From Octopus vulgaris (taxonomy: Eukaryota), in assembly GCA_951406725.2 (NCBI GenBank), contig OX597816.1, positions 45,198,001 to 45,262,000 of the forward strand: a stretch of 64,000 nucleotides of DNA. Reading direction: 5' to 3'. Below the pieces are notes generated by a model. That model saw only the letters and a program-made list of their open reading frames with translations. It did no database searches and had not been told where the DNA came from. Below are positions 26,170-40,041 of this stretch, piece after piece. A program made the translations under genes and the position numbers. Positions within the stretch are counted from its first letter, which is position 1. Each line of letters starts with the position of its first letter.

Positions 26170-26870
26170 TGATAGACAAACAAGAATGCCTAATAATTGA
26201 CGTGGAAGTGCCAGGAGATCAACATATCATCATGAAAGAAAGAGAAAAGTTTGATAAATATGGAGTCCTGAGAATTGAGATTGCTAAGATGTGACAGCCA
26301 CAAGAGTTGAACATAAAGGTTATCCCTACTGTCATTGGAGCATTGGGTTCAATACCACCCAATCTGAAAAAAAACATCTGAAAACTTTAGAAATACCCTA
26401 CAATCTAGGTGTTTTCAAAAGTTGGCATTACTTCGAACTGCATGCAAGAATAGCATAAAGTACTGTCTGTCTGAGGTCCTTGTTGTGAATTGCCAAACAG
26501 TACAAACCCTGGGTAGGTACAAAATTTTCAATCAACAATCTCACAATATTGTATGCTGTGCAATGTCTATAATAATAATAATAAGAGACTATGGAAAGTG
26601 CAAGCAAAATGTTTCCCAGTATTTATAGACGCATTGGAAATTATCCCTAAAGATCTGAGCAGATGGATAGAAGAAATAGGTATAAAACCCAGTTTAGTAC
26701 AGCTGCAGGAAACAGTGTTATTAGGGACAGCTAGAATACTTAGGAGGGTTCTTGGCATCTAAGTTTATTTGCTGTAACCCAATAGGAGGGTTCTTAGCAT
26801 CTAAGGCGAATTGTAGCACGATGTTAAGATTCTTTTCTTTTCCAACAGTCTAATCTGTTGAGCGTATATG
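26170..26870 (+). mobile_element. Two 3' fragments of R4/Dong-like RLE-type non-LTR elements in (TAA)n
   Basis: IIDVEVPGD..KEREKFDKY..L..EI..VIPTVIGALGSIP and RLWKV..FPVFIDALEIIPKDL..LQETVLLGTARILRRVL, each bordered by taataa repeats. Confidence 0.7.
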
Positions 26871-27484
26871 AATAATAATTATGATAATAATAATAATTAT
26901 AATAATAATAAAAATGATAATAATAATAATAATAATAAAAATAAAAATAATAATTATTATTAGTAGTATTGTTGTTGTTTTTGTTATTATTATTATATAC
27001 ATATTTGCTTATACTGTTTTCTTTTCACTTCTCATGTTTCATCACATGCATTCTCTATTTATTTATTTATTTGTTTATTTACTTATCGTTTGTTTATTCA
27101 TCAAGGCTGTTTTTCTTCATCTTACATTAAATAATGCTTTTTCTTCCCCCTTTAGCACATATTTACTAATTTTTGTTTGCAGTGCATTGTTTTATGAGTT
27201 CTTATGAATCAACTTTGGTTTGTATGCTCATTTGCACTATATACATAAGCATGTGTGTGAGATTGTGTGCGTGTGTGTGTGCATGCACACACACACGCAC
27301 ACACACACACAAACATATATAAGTATGTATGTATTACGTCTGGGGAGAGTCATAATGTCTTAATGCTTTATTATCCAACACACTCACCAGTTCGATTTCC
27401 ACTCATTTATATTTTTGCTTCTAAAACTTTTCATTGCTTTTGCAACCTTGTCAACGGATGTTGACTCTTTCTCACTCTCTCTCT

Positions 27485-27526
<42 letters not shown>

Positions 27527-27528
<2 letters not shown>

Positions 27529-27687
27529 TTTATTTAAAAGCAGCAGAAATTCAACAAAACCTGTTACTTGGAGTTTCACGTTCCCGTTAGTTGAATTTCT
27601 GCTGCTTTTAAATAAAGCATATCACTCTACCCCTGGTATTTGAGTACTCTTTTTTTCCACCTTGTTTCACATTTATGTGTTTACTCC

Positions 27688-27690
<3 letters not shown>
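27527..27690. mobile_element. Second, internally deleted copy of the 19209-19423 family, opposite orientation, in (TA)n
   Basis: Shares ctttatttaaa(a)gcagcagaaattcaacaaaacctgttact and the tgtttcacatttatgtgtttactccgg end. Confidence 0.7.
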
Positions 27691-27746
<56 letters not shown>

Positions 27747-28869
27747 TCATCATCATCGTCTAACGTCCGTTTTCCATGCTAGCATGGGTTGGACGGTTCA
27801 ACCGGGGTCTGGGAAGCCAGGAGGCTGCACCAGGCTCCAGTCTGATCTGGCAGTGTTTCTACAGCTGGATGCCCTTCCTAATGCCAACCACTCCGTGAGT
27901 GTAGTGGGTGCTCTTTACGTGCCACTGGCACAGGTGCCAGGGGAGGCTGGCAGCACCCACAATCAGTTGGTGCTTTTTACGTGCCACCAGCATGGAAGCC
28001 AGTCATGGTACTGGCATCGGCCACGTTCGGATATATATACATATATATATATAGCATTTTGGAGGAAATGCTTAGTGGTATTTCGCCTGTCGCTACGTTC
28101 TGAGTTCAAATTCTGCCAAGGTCAACTTCACCTTTCATCTTTTCAGGGTCAATAAATTAAGTGCCAGTCAAGTACTGGGATCGATGTAATCAACTATCCT
28201 CCTCCCCACAAATTCCAGGCCTTGTGCCTATAGTAGCAATGATTATTACTCATATAAGATACTAAGATATTACTTGTTATCTGCAAGTAATAGATGCATT
28301 CCATTAAACTCAGCCCATAAGCTCAAAATAAAGACACATTCATTCATTCTGAAGGTATTTACTTTTCCAAAGTCAATAGCCACTATAATATCAGCAAAGT
28401 TATGTGTAGCAGCGTACACTACACCAACTTCATGGTATGTCTATTGAATATCTTATTATATCTGTTAATAGAGGGAAAGTGTTTAATGCCTTAAAGACTA
28501 TTTTTCGGATATCTGTGGATGAATTCCAAATGGAGCATTGTGTGTATGTGCACATGCATGCTCACACACATTGTTCATTTGTAGACAGGTTCAGTAAATG
28601 AAAGCACTCAATACATTTGAGAGGTGTGAATATTTTCTTTGTAGTATAAGACTAAGGCTTGCCAAATATCTTTTTCTAACATGAAATTTTAGTTGTTGCA
28701 AACAAACTCTTAAGATATGGTATATAAAGTATCCTTGTTTGTAAATATCTGTGTGTGTATGCATGTGTGTATATATATACATATATATATATACACACAC
28801 ACATGTGCATACATATATATATATATATATATAGTTTATAATTAATATATAGATATTATGCATTACATT

Positions 28870-28920
<51 letters not shown>

Positions 28921-29667
28921 TACATATACATCATCTTAATCCTCATTTTTGTATATATGTATAGACATGTATACATATACCAATATAATATATATATACA
29001 TATATGCACAAATATATGTGCATGTATATATAAACAAACAGATATATATAGATAGACACACAGTCACACACACATATTTATACAAAGATAGATTTTCATA
29101 GATAAAATAGATATAAATTTATATATAAATATATTTATTTTATAATGTATTAACATATATTTTTTTTTTCTTTTTATTTATTTATTTATTTATTTTTTTT
29201 TTTTGCTTTCAACTATTATGAATTATTTGACTTATTCCTCATTTTTCTCCACTCCTCAGTAAGAAATATTTTCTTTTAGCAATCCTTCAAGAGATAATTC
29301 CATCATTTTTTACGTCATTTCATCTTTTAATATTTTTTCTTCAATTTTTATGAATTTAATAATTTTTTTTTTGGTTTTTAAAGTTAAACTCAAAGGAAGT
29401 GCAAATTTTCTTTTCTGCATTCTTTTTTTTTTTTTTTTTTTTCTAACTTGCCTTTGTTATTATGAAATAATAAGCAGCATGACAGAGAGAAGAGTATGAT
29501 TACACATACGAAAATTGGCTTTGTGCATACGGAAAGATGGATATTTCTGGAAAGAACTTTTCATAACCAACCAAGGAAGAAAGAAACTAACAAACATACC
29601 TCTCTAACACTCCCCTCCTCAACGCAGATCTTTTATTTCTGATTTTCATCAAGTCATAATATATACA

Positions 29668-29702
<35 letters not shown>

Positions 29703-29786
29703 ATGCATGCATATGTGTGTTACACATACACACACACACACACATACCTATATATATGTCTATATAAATATACCTATATATATGTC

Positions 29787-29833
<47 letters not shown>

Positions 29834-30172
29834 CTATTTATATATGTATATATATATATATATAGAAAGAGAAAGATACATATGTATACACACACACACA
29901 CACATACTTATATAGGTATTATTAAGTTTATTTGATGACACAGACTTCAAAAATTTTCATTTATTTTATTGTATCGTTTTGTTTTTGTTCAATATCTTAT
30001 TTATACATTAATATTTTATTGAAGTTTTTTATTGTTGCTATATTTTTATATGCGGAGAGATTCGTTTTTATTGCTTTTTTAATAAACTTTGATTTTGAAC
30101 TATTATAATATTTATATATAGATATATAAATATTTATATATGTGTGTGTGTGTGTGTGTGTGAATTTATATA

Positions 30173-30215
<43 letters not shown>

Positions 30216-30433
30216 ACACACAAAAAAGAAATTGATATTTTTCAAAAAATATGATGTATAAAACTTAGCTAAAATTACAGCTAATATTTGCTAAGTTTGG
30301 AATTTACACACATACACACACAAGTATACGTGTGCACACACACGCTCTTTCTCTCTTCTCACCTCTATACACAGATACATAGGTATATGTGAATATATGT
30401 TTGCATACATGTGTGTGTGTATATATATTTTTT

Positions 30434-30473
<40 letters not shown>

Positions 30474-30474
30474 C

Positions 30475-30521
<47 letters not shown>

Positions 30522-30598
30522 TAGATAGATAGATAGAAAGATGGAGAGAGAAAAGATACACTCATATAAATATATATATGTGTGTGTGTGTGTGTTTG

Positions 30599-30631
<33 letters not shown>

Positions 30632-30709
30632 ATATATGTATGTATATATATGTATATATATATATCATCATCGTTTAATGATATATATATATATACATAT
30701 ATGTATATA

Positions 30710-30740
<31 letters not shown>

Positions 30741-31339
30741 CATTAAACGATGATATATGTATATATATATATATATACATACACATATACACATACACAG
30801 ACAGACAGACACACAGACAGACAGACAGACAGACAGGGACTTATATTTATTTATGCTCATATACGTAAAAAAAATATAAATCCTGACTTTATTATAGTCC
30901 ATTGTTATTGTTCATGTTGTAGACATTGAATAATTAACTCACTGATACAAGGAGAACAATGCCAGAACAATAGCCACAGAGAGCGGTGGACAACAACCAA
31001 GAAGAAAACAAAGTGGATAAAAAAAAGATATAACAAAACAGAACAAAAACACTGCCAGTAATTCCTGTTAATGGAATTAGAAAAGGGTAAAATCACAGCA
31101 AACAGAGATTGTGACATTTTGTTTAAATTTTTTGCGGATAGTATTTCATTTTAACAATACTGTTGATCATGGATCTTCTGTCAATATCTTTGAACCACGT
31201 TCTCATTACATTGAGGTGAAAGTGGCTGAGTATTCCGTAGACACATGTAACTGGCCCTCCATCGGTTACAACGACAAGGGTTACAGTTGATCCGATCAAT
31301 GGAACAGCCTGCTTGTGAAATTAATGTGCAAGTGGAGTA

Positions 31340-31504
31340 CGAGTGGATGTGTGGTAAGTAGCTTGCTTACCAGCCACATGGTTCTGGGTTCAGTCCCACT
31401 GCGTGGCACCTTGGGCAAGTGTCTTCTACTATATCCCCGGGCCGAACAAAGCCTTGTGAGTGGATTTGGTAGACGGAAACTGAAAGAAGCTTGTCGTATG
31501 CATG

Positions 31505-31535
<31 letters not shown>

Positions 31536-31731
31536 ATGTGTGTGTGTATATGTTTGTGTGAATGTGTTTTGTCCCCCCCAACATCGCTTGACAACCGATG
31601 CTGGTGTGTTTACGTCCCCGTAACTTAGCGGTTCGGCAAAAGAGACCGATAGAATAAGTACTAGGCTAACACCGACTAAAGGTGGTGCTCCAGCATGGCC
31701 ACAGTCAAATGACTGAAACAAGTAAAAGAGT
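31340..31731 (+). mobile_element. Family A SINE nested in another SINE
   Basis: Host SINE resumes after the insertion; aagtgga on both sides is a possible target-site duplication. Confidence 0.75.
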
Positions 31732-32574
31732 AAGTGGATGAGCACTCTACAGACACGTGTACCCTTAATGAAGTTCTCAGGGAGAGTCAGCATGACACAG
31801 TGTGACATGGCTAGCCCTTTAAAATACGGGTACAACTCATTTTAATCGGCTGAGTGAACTGGATCAACGTGAAATAAAGTGTCTTGCTCAAGGACACAAT
31901 GCAGCACCGGGAATTGAACTCATGATCTTATGAGTGTGAACTGACTACCCTAACCACTAAGCCACACATGTACTGTTAACATAATTCCCAGGCTGAATCA
32001 GTATGACAAAGGGGGGAACATCTATTTTTTTCCTTCTTGTAGTCAGGAGGGGTGGCAGTACCCATAATCCTTCAAGGATGACAGTGACTTGTAAGAAGGG
32101 AGCAAGGAATGTATCCTTAAGCTGAAGACCTGACCCAAATCCTTGTAACAGTGTGGACTCCATTAAAGGTACACAAAGTGCCAGATAATAGTGTTAGATT
32201 GGGTGACAGACTAAGTTGCCTCCACTCCCCACCCGGTCACATCTTCACTATTCTCTCTCTCTCTTTCTCACCCTCCTCTTTCTAATTCTCTTCTCTCTCT
32301 CCCCACTTGAGGTAATCATGTTGCCTCTCTAATACAAGATTCTTTTATCTGTTCCTCATTACTACTCTAAACCTCAGTTGAAGGGGTGTTGTTTTGCAAG
32401 CTAGTTAGTGACCTTGCTGCTACTGGTGCCACATAAAAAGCATCCTGTAAAGTGGTTGGCATTAGGATGGGCATCCATCTGTAGAAACCATGCCAAAGCG
32501 GCCAGCGGGGATTGGTGCAGTCTTCTGGCTTGCTGGTTCCTGATGAACCATTCAATCCATGTTAGCATGGAAAA

Positions 32575-32606
<32 letters not shown>

Positions 32607-33419
32607 GGTGGTGATGACGATGAAGGTGACAAAAACATACCACGGTGTGATATGAACTGATAAAGCAAATAGTCAGAACAAATATCACAAAGTATTCAGC
32701 CCATGACCTTACATATCATCATCATCATCATCATCATTATTTAACATCTGTTTTCCATGCTGTTGTGGGTTGAATGGTTTGACAGGATCCAGCAAGCTGC
32801 TAACTGTGCCAAGTTCCAGGGTCAGTTTTGGTATGGTTTCCACTGCAGGATGTCCTTCATAAAACCAATCACAATACATATATATATATCAATCTACTGC
32901 CCTAGATCTGTATTTTTTTTACTCTGAAAGGATAAAAGGTGAAGTTGACCTCAAAGAGATTTGAACTCAGAGAGCAGAGACTTGAAACATATACCACATA
33001 GTGTCCTGTCCAGTACTCTGTCAATTCACAACATATGATGCAGGTACAGTCTATCTGACAGGTTTCCACAAGGTCCAGTTCTTGTTGCAGTGTAGTGACT
33101 TTATGCCTCAATGGTCCTGAGAGCCATGCCAGTGGAGTTCAAGCTCCTGGTAGGGTCTGCCATGCTGAACAGATCAGAGGATTGAGACCAAATCAATACG
33201 GGTCATCTCTTCACAAAAGTAAAATAGGGTTTGCTTAGGGCCAACACCCCCTACCAAGAAAACAACAGTCACAGAATTATTGAATGTAATTCAAAACCAA
33301 CAAGAGCTGAGAGAGGAAGACCATCTCCCAAGTAAATACAGGATGCAGTGCAGCAAAATCTGAAAGGATACTGAGGCAGAGGTTGATAAAGTAGGGATCC
33401 AACTGGACAGATGTGTAGG

Positions 33420-34100
33420 TATATAGCTCAGTGGTTAGAGCGTTGGGCTCATAATCATGAGGTAGTGAGTTCGATTCCTGGATCAGGCTGTGTTGTGTTC
33501 TTGGGCAAGACATTTTATTTTGCATTGTTCCAGTTCATTCAGCTGTAGAAATAAGTTACAATGTCACTGGTGCCAAGCTGTATTGGCCTTTGCCTTTCCC
33601 TTGGGTAGCATCAGTGGTGTGGAGAGGGGAGACTGATATGCATAGGTGACTGCTGGTCTTCTATAGACAACCTTGCCCAGTTGTTTATGCCACTGAGGGG
33701 AACATTCTAGGTACAATCTCATGGTCATTCATGACCGAAGGGAGTCTTTACACACATACATATATATAGATGCATAGTTCAGTGGTTAGAACATCAGGCT
33801 GACAATCATGAGGTAGTGAGATCAATTCCCAGACCAGCTTGTGTTTTGTGATCTTGAGCAAGACACTTTATTTCATGTTGCACCAGTTCACCCAGCTGTA
33901 GAAATGAGTTACAATGTCACTGGTGCCAAGCTGTATAAGCCTTTGCCTTTCCCTTGGATAACATCGGTGGTGTGGAGAGGGGAGGATGGTATGCATGGGC
34001 AACTGCTGGTCTTCCATAAATAACCTTGCCCAGACTTGTGCCTCGAAGGGTAACTTTTTAGGTCTAATTTCATAGTCATTCATGACTGAAGGGGTTCTCA
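33420..34100 (+). mobile_element. Two tandem copies of a tRNA-derived SINE (family B)
   Basis: gctcagtggttagagc..gagttcgattcc heads at about 33425 and 33775 with shared about 330-bp bodies. Confidence 0.75.
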
Positions 34101-34976
34101 GTCAACTGGAGCAATGCAGGAAAGGGAGCCCAAAGTTGAGAGCAGTGGAGAAAAGTCATTGAAGAAGTAACAATCTATTTAACCACATAAATGCTTCACT
34201 ATCAACTAGAAGGGGTCAATGCTGAACCTTTCAGTATTTATATCCTTTGCATTTCTGTGCTATCAGGTCAAGGAATGATTCTCTAAGAAACTCTTTCATC
34301 ATCAGCATTTAGTGTCTGCTTTCCATGCTGGTATGAGTTAGAGGGTTTGAGTGAAACTGTTAAGCTGGAGGGCAACAACGGTTCCAATCTGATTTGGCAT
34401 AGTTTCTACAGCTAGATACCCTTCCTAATGCCAACCACTCCAAAAGTGTAATGGGTGCATTTTACATACCAGTTATGTGACACTGGCATCAGCCATGACT
34501 ATAATTTCACTTGGCTTGATGGGTCTCCTCAAGTACAACATATTGTCAAAGGTCTAAGTCACTTTGCCATGTAATTTTTATGGGAGGATATAAAAGAGGT
34601 TTCTGGTTGCTAACTTTTGGGTATTTATTTACGAGTAGCCATCTTGTTTGCTGAATGCAGGCAAGCTCACTGCACACATCTGAGCCCTCAGAAAGTAAAA
34701 AGTCAGAACAAAAGCCTCCAAACATTTTATCCAACACTCTAAAGTTCCCATCGATCCACAGAATCAATAATAACGATAGAAAAAATGTAAAACAAAAACA
34801 GAAGTTAGAATTGAAACTCAAATTAAAATTCAATAAAGTAACTGAAACTTAAATTCATTTTTTTTTTCATAAATTTCAATAAATATTATCTTTAAACCAA
34901 ATTGTTTTTTTTTTTTTATCAGAATCAGATTTCAATTACATATCTTTTCTTCAACATGATTTTGCTTTCAGTTCTA

Positions 34977-35274
34977 TATTTAAGAGATGAGGAATTATAT
35001 ACATTATTTACATATGCCCATGGGCATATGGCATAGTGGTTAAGAGCGTGGGCTACTAACCCCAAGATTCCGAGTTCAATTCCAAGCAGTGGCCTGAACA
35101 ATAACAATAATAATAATAATAATAATAATAACATCGTAATTTCCCCAAGACACCTGAAGAAAGCTGGAGGGTATATCAGCCGAAACATTGTGTTAACAAC
35201 AGACAAGATGAGGACAAATATCCGTCCAATGTAAATAATGTAAATAATGTACATAATTCCTCATCTCTTAAATA
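34977..35274 (+). mobile_element. Chimeric tRNA-head SINE with hammerhead-bearing tail and 36-bp inverted terminal arms
   Basis: Arms 34977-35012 / 35239-35274; A box (tggcatagtgg) and B box (gagttcaattcc) from 35022; (AAT)n linker; hammerhead-like motif 35149-35194. Confidence 0.65.
35149..35194 (+). ncRNA. Minimal hammerhead-like motif, partly degenerate
   Basis: gacac-CTGAAGA-aagctg...cagcc-GAAAC-ATT-gtgtt; stem I gacac/gtgtt, stem II gctg/cagc; stem III looks like a mutated ACGT palindrome. Confidence 0.55.
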
Positions 35275-38254
35275 CGCTCCAGGTATTTAAAGGCTTTAAT
35301 AAGCATTATCAGCAGTAAATTCACAAAATAGTTGAATCATTGAACAAAATATTGTATAGAACTGCATTATCTAATTGGTACGGAGCCGCCAGCATGGCCA
35401 CAGTCAAATGACTGAAACAAGTAAAAGAGTAAAAGAGTAAGTTAGTATAAGTTGGACAGGGTGCCAGAGACCATTCACTTCTAGGTATGAGTAAAGGTGC
35501 ATGGCTTAGTGGCTGGGCTATTCAATTCATGATTGTAAAGTCATGAGTTTGAAAACTGGTGGCGCACTCTGTCCTTGAGCAAGTCACTTTATTTCATGTT
35601 GCTCCAGTCTACTCAGCTGGCAAAAATGAGTAATGCCTGTAATTCCGTGTCACATTGCATCTCTCTATACACATGTCTGTGGAGTGCTCAGCCATCATCA
35701 TCATCATCATCATTTAACGTCCGCTTTCCATGCTAACATGGGTTGGACGATTTTGACTGAGGGCTGGTGAACCAGATGGCTGCACCAGACTCCAATCTTG
35801 ATGGCAGTGTTTCTACAGCTGGATGCCCTTCTTAACGCCAACCACTCTGACAGTGTAGTGGGTGCTTTTTACATGCCACCGGCACAGGGACCAGTCAGGC
35901 GGTATAGGCAATGACCTCGCTCGAATCTTTTTACACATGTCACTGGCACAGGTGCCAGTAAGGTGACGTTGGTAGCGATCACGCTCGAATGGTGCCCTTT
36001 TACATGCCACGGCATGGGGGTCAGTCAGGTGGTACTGGCAATGATCATGCTCGAATCTGCATGTTAATTTCATGGGCAGGCTGTTTTGGAACCCACGTCA
36101 TCATAACCAATGGAGTACCCGTTCTAGATATGTCAGGAGACCACAACTTGCTTGTATATTTTATTTTGACAATAGGTTTCTCAGTGTGAATGCTCTTCCT
36201 ATCACCCACTACTTTACAGAGAGTATTCAGCACATTTTATCATGGCACCATCACTAAAGGAGCTGTCATATCCTCAGTAACATAGCATACCCCACTCTTT
36301 ACAATACATTTTCTTCACTTATTCACGAATCACATAGACATAAAATTAGTAAATATAATACAATAGAGGAGTCACTCCAAAATGCTCTAAATATAGTCTG
36401 TTATATATGTTCACCTTGGACTAAATTGATCAATGATCTTTAACACAGAGTAAATATATGACTGTGTAGCTGAGAAGCTTGCACTTACGGGATTTAGGCT
36501 TCAGTTAAATTTTTTCTGCAAAAGCCTCATTTTAGTCAACAAGTTCCAGTCTGATTTGGCATGGTTTCTGTAGATAGATGCCCTTCTTAATGCCAACTGC
36601 TGTACAGAGTTGTTGGGTGCTTTTTATATGGCAGCACAGGTGCTTTTTATGTAACACCAGTACAGGTAACTTTTATGTGCACCAACACAGGTACTTCTTA
36701 TATGGCACCAGCATGGGTGTATTTTACATGGCATCAACACTGGTCCCAGGTAACTTTTATGTGGAGCCAGCACAGGTGCTTTTTACATGGCCTTGGTAAG
36801 GGGCTCTTGCAAGGCAAAACCCCCTTCAGCTGGGATGGGAGCATTAACAATTCTGCTATTATGGATGGGGCTTCACAGCAACAGCAAGGTGCCAGATATT
36901 TTGGGGTCCTTTTGACAATAAAAGAGCATTTGACAATTAAAATATTTGGTTCAACAAAGTTACTATCTGACTCGTTACACGCATGGAAAAATGGACATTA
37001 AAATGATGTTATATATCAGACAGATAGGGGAACAGAAAGATTCTGCTAACTTCCAAGCATCACATCAACTAGAAATAGAGCAAAAGGCCAAAATTGAAAC
37101 AGTCTTTCTTTTAGATGATCCTAAAATCGTAAAGGTGATGATGACCTTTACTGAAGATTTTAGATATCAACGAGTTAAGCTTCCCCGCCTACTTTGAAGA
37201 CCAATCTTTTTCAATAGGCTGGGTATAATTAGTGAATAACAGCCTTTGATTCACCAGCTACAAACACGAGCCAATTGGGAATCATCTTTGCAGTTATTCA
37301 TACTGCCAAATCTCGCTTAAATCACATGCTACCATCATAAAATTATAAGGAAATATGGGAAACATAACCCTACTCAAGAGAGTTATGCTTTGGTCTACTT
37401 CATCAGGAATGACCTGATCAAGCAGGTCTATGATCAAAGGATTCCAACACACACACACACACACAGATACAGGTACACACATGCACACACACACATATAC
37501 ACACATGCACACACATGTATTGACAAACTAGAAACAGAAACACTAAAGACAAGATAGAATGACCCAGGATGACCAGGACATAGAATGGTTTGAATGAACA
37601 ACAGAACACACCTGAGTGAAGAATGCAAATTTAAAAAACAAAAAAAAAAACTGTGGTTAACGACCTTGCTTTGCAACCACATGGCTTTGGGTTGGTTCAG
37701 TCCCACAGTGGTTCAGTCCCCATGAGCAAGCATCTGCTACTGTAGCCTGGGCTAATCAATACTTCATGAGTAAATTTGGAAGATGGAAACTGTGTGGAAG
37801 CCGGTTGTATATAAGTATGTGAGTATACAAGTGTGTGTGTGTGAATTTGTAGTTGTCACCACCACCACCACTGCTGTTGGTTTGTTTATGGCCCTGTAAT
37901 ACAACAGTTCAACAAAAAGAAAACCTACAAAATATGAACCTGACTTTAAAAATTAAGTCTTAGGGATCAGGTTAATCCCTCAAGGTGGTGCTCCTGCATG
38001 GCCAGGGTCCAACTATTAACACAAGTAAAATAATTTTAAAAAAACATAAATTATGGCCTTTAGATATTGGAAATTCTAACTGCAAAGTTAGTAAAATATA
38101 AAAACAACAGGTGAAATTTTCAAATGAAGTCTCATTTTTGTTATCTAATATATTTTATACTTCTTTTTATGCTGACCAGCTTTGATAATGGACGGAGTCA
38201 ACAACTTACTCGAAGAGGTTGCAAGACGCAATGAAAATTTCAGGAAAAAATAAA

Positions 38255-38422
38255 TGCAGGAGTGGTTGTGTGGTAAGTAGCTTGCTTACCAACCATATGG
38301 TTCTGGGTTCAATCCTACGGCGTGGCACTTTGGGCAAGTGTCTTCTACTATAGCCTTGGGCCTACAAAGACTTGTGAATGGATTTGGAAGACGGAAACTG
38401 AAAGAAGACGATTGTATATATG

Positions 38423-38483
<61 letters not shown>

Positions 38484-38700
38484 ATATGTTTGTGTGTCTG
38501 TGTTTGTCCCACCAACATTGCTTGACAACTGATGGTGGTGTGTTTGCGTCTCCATAACTTAGCGGTTCGGCAAAAAAGACCGACAGAATAAGTACTAGGC
38601 TTACAAAGAATAAGTCGTCGGATCGATTTGCCCGACTAAAGGCAATGCTCCAGCATGGCCGCAGTCAAATGTCTGAAACAAGTAAAAGAGTAAAAGAGTA
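38255..38700 (+). mobile_element. Family A SINE
   Basis: Full-length copy. Confidence 0.8.
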
Positions 38701-38926
38701 TGCCAAACAAGATGCTTAGCAGCATTTTGTCCATCTTTATACTGTGTTCAAATTCTGTGAGGTTGATTTTGCCTTTCGTCCTTTCAGAGTCAATGAAATA
38801 TGCACCAGAGGAGCACTTGGATCAATATAACCAACTAGTCCCCACCCCAAAATTTCAGGCCTCAAGCCTATGGTAGAAAGGATTATTTTACAGCCAGATA
38901 CCCTTCTTGTCACTAACCCTTGCCTA

Positions 38927-39319
38927 TCTCTATATATATAAAGCTGAAGTTGTCTGTGTATGGCAGGTTTGGTAGCCTTCAACTAACACTATCTCCTCCG
39001 TGACCCTGCGGCGCAAGTTGACCAAAATTGAGAGTATGATAGAAGAAGGCTTGCTCTTCCTTCCGTAGAAGAAAAAAATCAAATCGGACCATGTTAACAC
39101 CAAAAATTATTTACATCAAAAAGGTGCTTTCTTTTCTATGAAAATCCTTATTTTTTATGATTTTTTGACTGCTGTGTCACCATTTTTCGGTGTATTTCAA
39201 CCAGAAAAATGTTCACTTAAAGAGAATAACAAGCTACATAATGCAAAATTTTTACTTTTCAAAAATTCCAATTCTAAAGGGTCGAAACAAACCTGAGCAA
39301 CATTGGGTGATACTACTAG
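38927..39319 (+). mobile_element. Non-autonomous Helitron
   Basis: A|TC start (tctctatatatataaa), subterminal hairpin acctgag..ttgggt, CTAG|T end, no TSD. Confidence 0.65.
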
Positions 39320-39479
39320 TTTTCAGATAAAGGTGCTCTTACTCCACATATCTTTGAAAGCACAAAGTCACCAGACAATTTGTTGACAGGAGAAATGAAT
39401 GAGAACATCACCACCTGCAAACCCAGCAATTTTTGGAGATATATACTCTTTCAAGTACCCAAGTACCCCAAGTACCCCG

Positions 39480-40041
39480 GATCCCAGAACGTCCCGCTGT
39501 GCTTGAGGAGACCTGTTGAGTCAAGTACATGAACATGAACGTCGAAATAAATATCAATGGAAATAGTAGTTGTGATGCCTGTGCCGGTGGCACATAAAAA
39601 GCAGTATCCGAACGTGGCTGATGCCAGCGCCGCCCCGACTGGCTTCTGTGCCGGTGGCACATAAAAAGCACCATCCGAACGTGGCTGATGCCAGCGCCGC
39701 CCCGACTGGCTCCTGTGCCGGTGGCACATAAAAAGACCATCCGAACGTTGCCAGCATACACACGCCTTGGCTGGCTTCCGTGCCGCTGGCACGTTAAAAG
39801 CTCCAACCGATTGTGACCGATGCCGGACCCCCCCTGGCACCTGTGCAGGTGGCACGTAAAAAGCACACACTACACTCGCGGAGTGGTTGGCGTTAGGAAG
39901 GGCATCCAGCCATAGAAACTCTGCCAGATCAGACTGGAGCCTGGAGCAGACCCTGGCTTCCCAGACCCCGGTCGAACCGTCCAACCCGTGCTAGCGCAGA
40001 AAACGGATGTTAAACGATGATGATGATGATGATGATGATGA
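39480..40041 (+). mobile_element. 5'-truncated RTE 3' end (or SINE sharing the RTE tail)
   Basis: Same 3' UTR as 14690-15238 ending in (GAT)n; further copies at about 3700-4075(-), 5620-5815, 9000-9430, 27745-28030(-), 35695-36060(-), 52745-53165. Confidence 0.8.

Noticed and set aside
39580-39870. CRISPR-like repeat-spacer look of hairpin units
   Set aside because: Eukaryotic retroelement 3' UTR; spacers are related to each other and there are no cas genes
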